Source: Selaginella moellendorffii
Lineage: Eukaryota; Plantae; Lycopodiophyta
Direction: 5' to 3'
NCBI RefSeq assembly: GCF_000143415.4
Contig: NW_003314282.1
Span: 825,374-889,373 of the forward strand
Length of the DNA: 64,000 nucleotides
The position numbers and the translations under genes were made by a program. Positions 60,784-64,000 of this stretch are shown here, in pieces; within the stretch, counting starts at the first letter, position 1, and the number at the start of each line of letters is the position of its first letter. Below the pieces are notes generated by a model. The model made no database searches, was not told where the DNA came from, and saw only the letters and a program-made list of their open reading frames with translations.

Positions 60784-62380
60784 CAATTCAGTAGCTTGAT
60801 AAACATGCAAATACAGAACTTGATGCAAAATCCTTTGATATGTCACAATGCCCCTAGGACCATAAACACATTTCAATAGAGAGGGTCCTTTCATTTCATA
60901 ACTCCTTACGTAGATCTTGGTGAAACCAGAGTTAGTGAAGTTAGTTTCTTGTGATCCCGCATCTGATTGTGATGTCCCTTTGCAGTTTCGATGGAAAGGT
61001 CAATGCACACCAAACTGTAAAATCTTGGAGCAAAATAACGGTCGGATCTATGGCAAATGCCCCTGAAACATTATAAGGCTCGTGTGGTCTCATGTGGTGT
61101 CCGATCGAGATGCTTCTTTGCAGGGTCATCAAGAAAGACATTGTATACCATTCTGTAAAATCTAGTTGCGATCTAACAGTTGGATCTCCAGAAAACTCAA
61201 AAAAATCTCGCGCGTGTCAGAATATTCTAGGAATATACTCCTATGTGCCCCTGAAAATGGCATGCAGCCCCACGCCATTCAAGAGATAACACCAGATGAC
61301 GCCGAGAATTTTTTGGTGCATTTTTTGGGTTCAAAATTGCATGAGCCCACACGCTATAAAGTTTATTTTTGCCAAATAGAGAAAAGTTTATCTGTGTCAT
61401 GTGAGGTAGTTACAGTCCTTTGTGCTCGGCATCTACCTCTTGCAGCATTTGCACTGAAAGGGAATTTTTCTCCATTCAGCATTTGGCCCTGAAAATGGCA
61501 TGCGCCCACACGCCATTCAAGGAATAACGCCACAGGACGCCTGGATTTTTGGGTTTAAAATGTTTAGGGTTTTTTGGGTTTTTTCAAAATATTTTGGGTC
61601 CAACGTTTTTTGGGTTTCTTTGGTTCAAAATTGCATGAGCCCACACGCTATAATATTGATTTGAGAGAAAAATAGAAACAAATAGAATTTCTTTATTTAG
61701 CTGAACATCTGCCATTTTTGGAAATACAAGATGCTTTGGAATATCCAATCATGCATGGTATAAATATAGCGAGGTTATTAAATGATATCCCAATCATGAT
61801 CTTTCTTTTGGATTTCGCGTGCATGCAGTCCGAGGAATGATGACGTTGCGGATTTCTTTTGGATTTTGCGTGCTTGCATGCGCGCAGCAATCCAGAAATT
61901 AATGGTGGCGCCCAAGTCCGAGGAATGATGACGTGGCGGGATTACCAACCGTTGTGACATTTCGCGCGTGTGAGGTTAGGTTTTGCATTTTGCTTTGTAC
62001 TCGCGCTCGCACACTCGCGCTCGCGCTCGCATCACACTCGCGCTCCCGCTCGCATCGCGCTCCCACTCGCGATCACGCTCACTTCTCTACAGGTTTCTCG
62101 TGTGCATCGGCGTCCACTCGCGCTTGCATCACACTCGCGCTCGCATCGCGCTCGTGTGCATCGGCGTCCACTTCAAGACACACCCAGTTTGTAACTTCGC
62201 CACCAACTCCGCCGCCCACTCCGCCACCCACACGCAGCCCACTTGGCGTCCCGGGAGATTTCAACACCACTCTCCAACTGTAAGTGGCAGAGTAGCCTTG
62301 CTGCTACGATCCGCTGCACACACAGTGCACATTCGCCAGCGAGTCCGGCCTCGATTGTCACGGCCTCCATTCGGCTTCAA

Positions 62381-64000
62381 ATGGTAAGTCTTTTAGACCA
62401 AGTAGAAAATGGCATGAGGCCACATGCCATTCAGTAGCAACATTGGCATGCACCGATTGGGCTCTCGAGTGCAGTCCGGTTACAGATGGCGTGTAGCCTC
62501 ACGCCATCTTAGGATGCAGCCTCAAGACATCTGATGCAGTGGTGAATGGCGTGTGGCCTCACGTTATTTCCAGCTGCTAGCTTTTCATCTGTCAGCTCTA
62601 ATTGTTGTGCATTTCTAAACAGGCGAGGAATTGCGTTCTTCTTCCAGCCACTGTCAATGTGGATGCAGAGAAGGGGGAGGAGCTCACCAGTTGGACTTTC
62701 GGGATGGAAGGCGAGGATCTGATGCTGTACAACACAGATGGTGGGAGAAAAGAATGCATGGGGATCCTCATCCAAGTGACAGACACTCCATGCAGTTCCA
62801 TGCAAGAATATGGACTGGCACTTGTGGTAGAGACAGCGTCCGCCTTCAAGATCCACCTTGCACATCCTAGCGGCTTCCCGGAGGGGGGCAGCGGCTATGA
62901 GGAATTCCTAGAGGGAGCTAGGGAGAGGTTGTCCAGGAGGCCCACAATTTCAAAGACGCTGCGGGTCTATGAAGATCACATGGAATCCACGGACCTCACC
63001 TACGGCGATGTTCAAAAACTATATTCCAACATTGAGCCGTTGAGAGTGCCTCCAGTTTGTGAAGCGAAGGGGAAGGGGGTCGATCTAGAAAATACCCCGA
63101 AGCAGAAAAGGGTGGTCAAGCTCAAGCCGATGTCCGACTCTGCTGCTCCAAAAAAGAAGCTACTCGGTGATGCCATTGCCTCGGGTTCGAACACTACACC
63201 CACCAAAAAGAAGAGCCGCAAAGAGCAGAAAGAGCAAGAAGAGGCAGCAAAAATCGTCGCAAATAATAGTACTTGTTACTATTCCAACAAAGTATATACA
63301 ATTGACGTGAGCCGTATCGAGATCCAAAGCAAATACAACCACAGGCTAGTATCTGATGAGTGGGTGGAGAAACTGGAGCAGAAGATGCTGGCAAGTCCAG
63401 TAACACCCGACATCGCAGACGTGATCCCCTACTACCGAACAATGAAGGGCGAGACGAGGTTTCCAGACTTGATCAATAGGAAGGTGTTGGACGATCAGAA
63501 CATCCGGTTCTATGCCGTCTCCGGGCAGCATTCTAGCTTGGCGATGCAACAGATAGTTGTGGATATTATGGTGGGCGAGGAGGTGAAGAAAGTCTTCAAG
63601 ACAAGAGTTGTCCGCCTGATAAAAGGCAACTCGCCCCTCCGATCTATCATATACATCTCCCACGCGCAGAATGTCAAGCAAGAAACGTGCTACAAATCGG
63701 GTCTGCACGAGACATTGGCACGAACACGGAAGCTCTGGGTTCAACTGAAGAAGCCACAAAAACCAGGACAAGGACGTGCACTAGCAACTAGCGCCTGGCA
63801 GGTAAGCCTCGTTGCATGTGGCATAGCATGTGGCCTCACGCCATTTCCATTGCAGGAATTCTCGAGTCTTCTCTCGAAAACACTGGGGGTCAATGACACA
63901 CTCAGCATCCATAACATTCTACTCGCGACAAAAGTTGTTTTTGACAAATGGGTAGATGTGCTGAGGAGGTACCATGACGGGGAGTTGCTAAACTCAATGG
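62381..64000 (+). CDS. ParB/Srx-like domain protein, 3'-incomplete (exons 62381-62383, 62623-63801, 63856 to >64000)
   Basis: ATG|GTAAGT micro-exon; frame open from 62623 to the window end (hence absent from the ORF track); Lys-rich NLS-like linker; IDVSRI..YNHR..DEWVEKLEQKM...FYAVSGQHSSLAM...ISHAQNVKQE. Confidence 0.75.

Larger units (their letters stand above)
54982..63844. repeat. Dispersed 22-bp palindrome ATGGCRTG-W-GGCC-W-CAYGCCAT (~20 copies)
   Basis: Clear copies start at 55387, 55985, 56145, 56291, 57633, 57690, 59536, 59606, 59704, 60393, 61257, 61336, 61495, 61630, 62409, 62486, 62546, 63823; degenerate copies near 54982, 55298, 55795, 60322. Confidence 0.95.
54943..64000. mobile_element. 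Large DNA-transposon-like unit (transposase-like gene, divergent ParB-like gene, dispersed palindromes); right end outside the window
   Basis: Extent defined by the distribution of the 22-bp palindrome and the two genes; terminal repeats and TSD not identified. Confidence 0.65.

Noticed and set aside
55387-63844. CRISPR array interpretation of the palindromic repeats
   Set aside because: Spacers are highly irregular (tens to >1000 bp), copies lie in introns and in both orientations, there are no cas genes, and the context is eukaryotic.
54943-64000. Bacterial or plasmid contamination as the source of the ParB-like gene
   Set aside because: It has spliceosomal GT-AG introns, a eukaryote-type transposase neighbour and a plant telomeric tract, and it is contiguous with plant genes.
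1-64000. tRNA or rRNA genes
   Set aside because: None recognised by eye; tRNAscan-SE/Infernal could not be run.

Overview
Eukaryotic (land-plant) nuclear DNA. Very short GT-AG introns (~50-60 nt), tightly packed genes and the style of the PPR genes suggest a Selaginella-like lycophyte (inference). Layout: 1-7.2 kb is AT-rich retroelement debris, with a gag-less Ty3/gypsy element bounded by ~165-bp LTRs and a large (TA/TACA) microsatellite. 7.4-39.5 kb is a gene-dense block: SDHAF2, EDM2-like, PLS-PPR, LTP-like, a TWS1/CIF-like sulfated-peptide precursor, arabinokinase, CHR24 plus a tandem pseudogene, MTP, NdhS, rhomboid, PEX2, an uncharacterised gene and a PPR-DYW. 39.8-50.3 kb is a complete-ended 10.5-kb Helitron with a decayed RepHel and captured gene fragments. 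50.5-51.4 kb is an AT-rich secreted protein with a bulb-type lectin domain. 51.8-54.7 kb is a gypsy remnant with hexamer arrays. 54.9-64 kb is a DNA-transposon-like unit and the best candidate for an undescribed system: a 1036-aa transposase-like gene lies head-to-head with a gene encoding a ParB/Srx-like domain (missing from the ORF track), and the whole unit carries about 20 copies of a 22-bp palindrome, ATGGCRTG-W-GGCC-W-CAYGCCAT, reminiscent of ParB/parS. Spliced gene boundaries were deduced by eye and no database searches were run.
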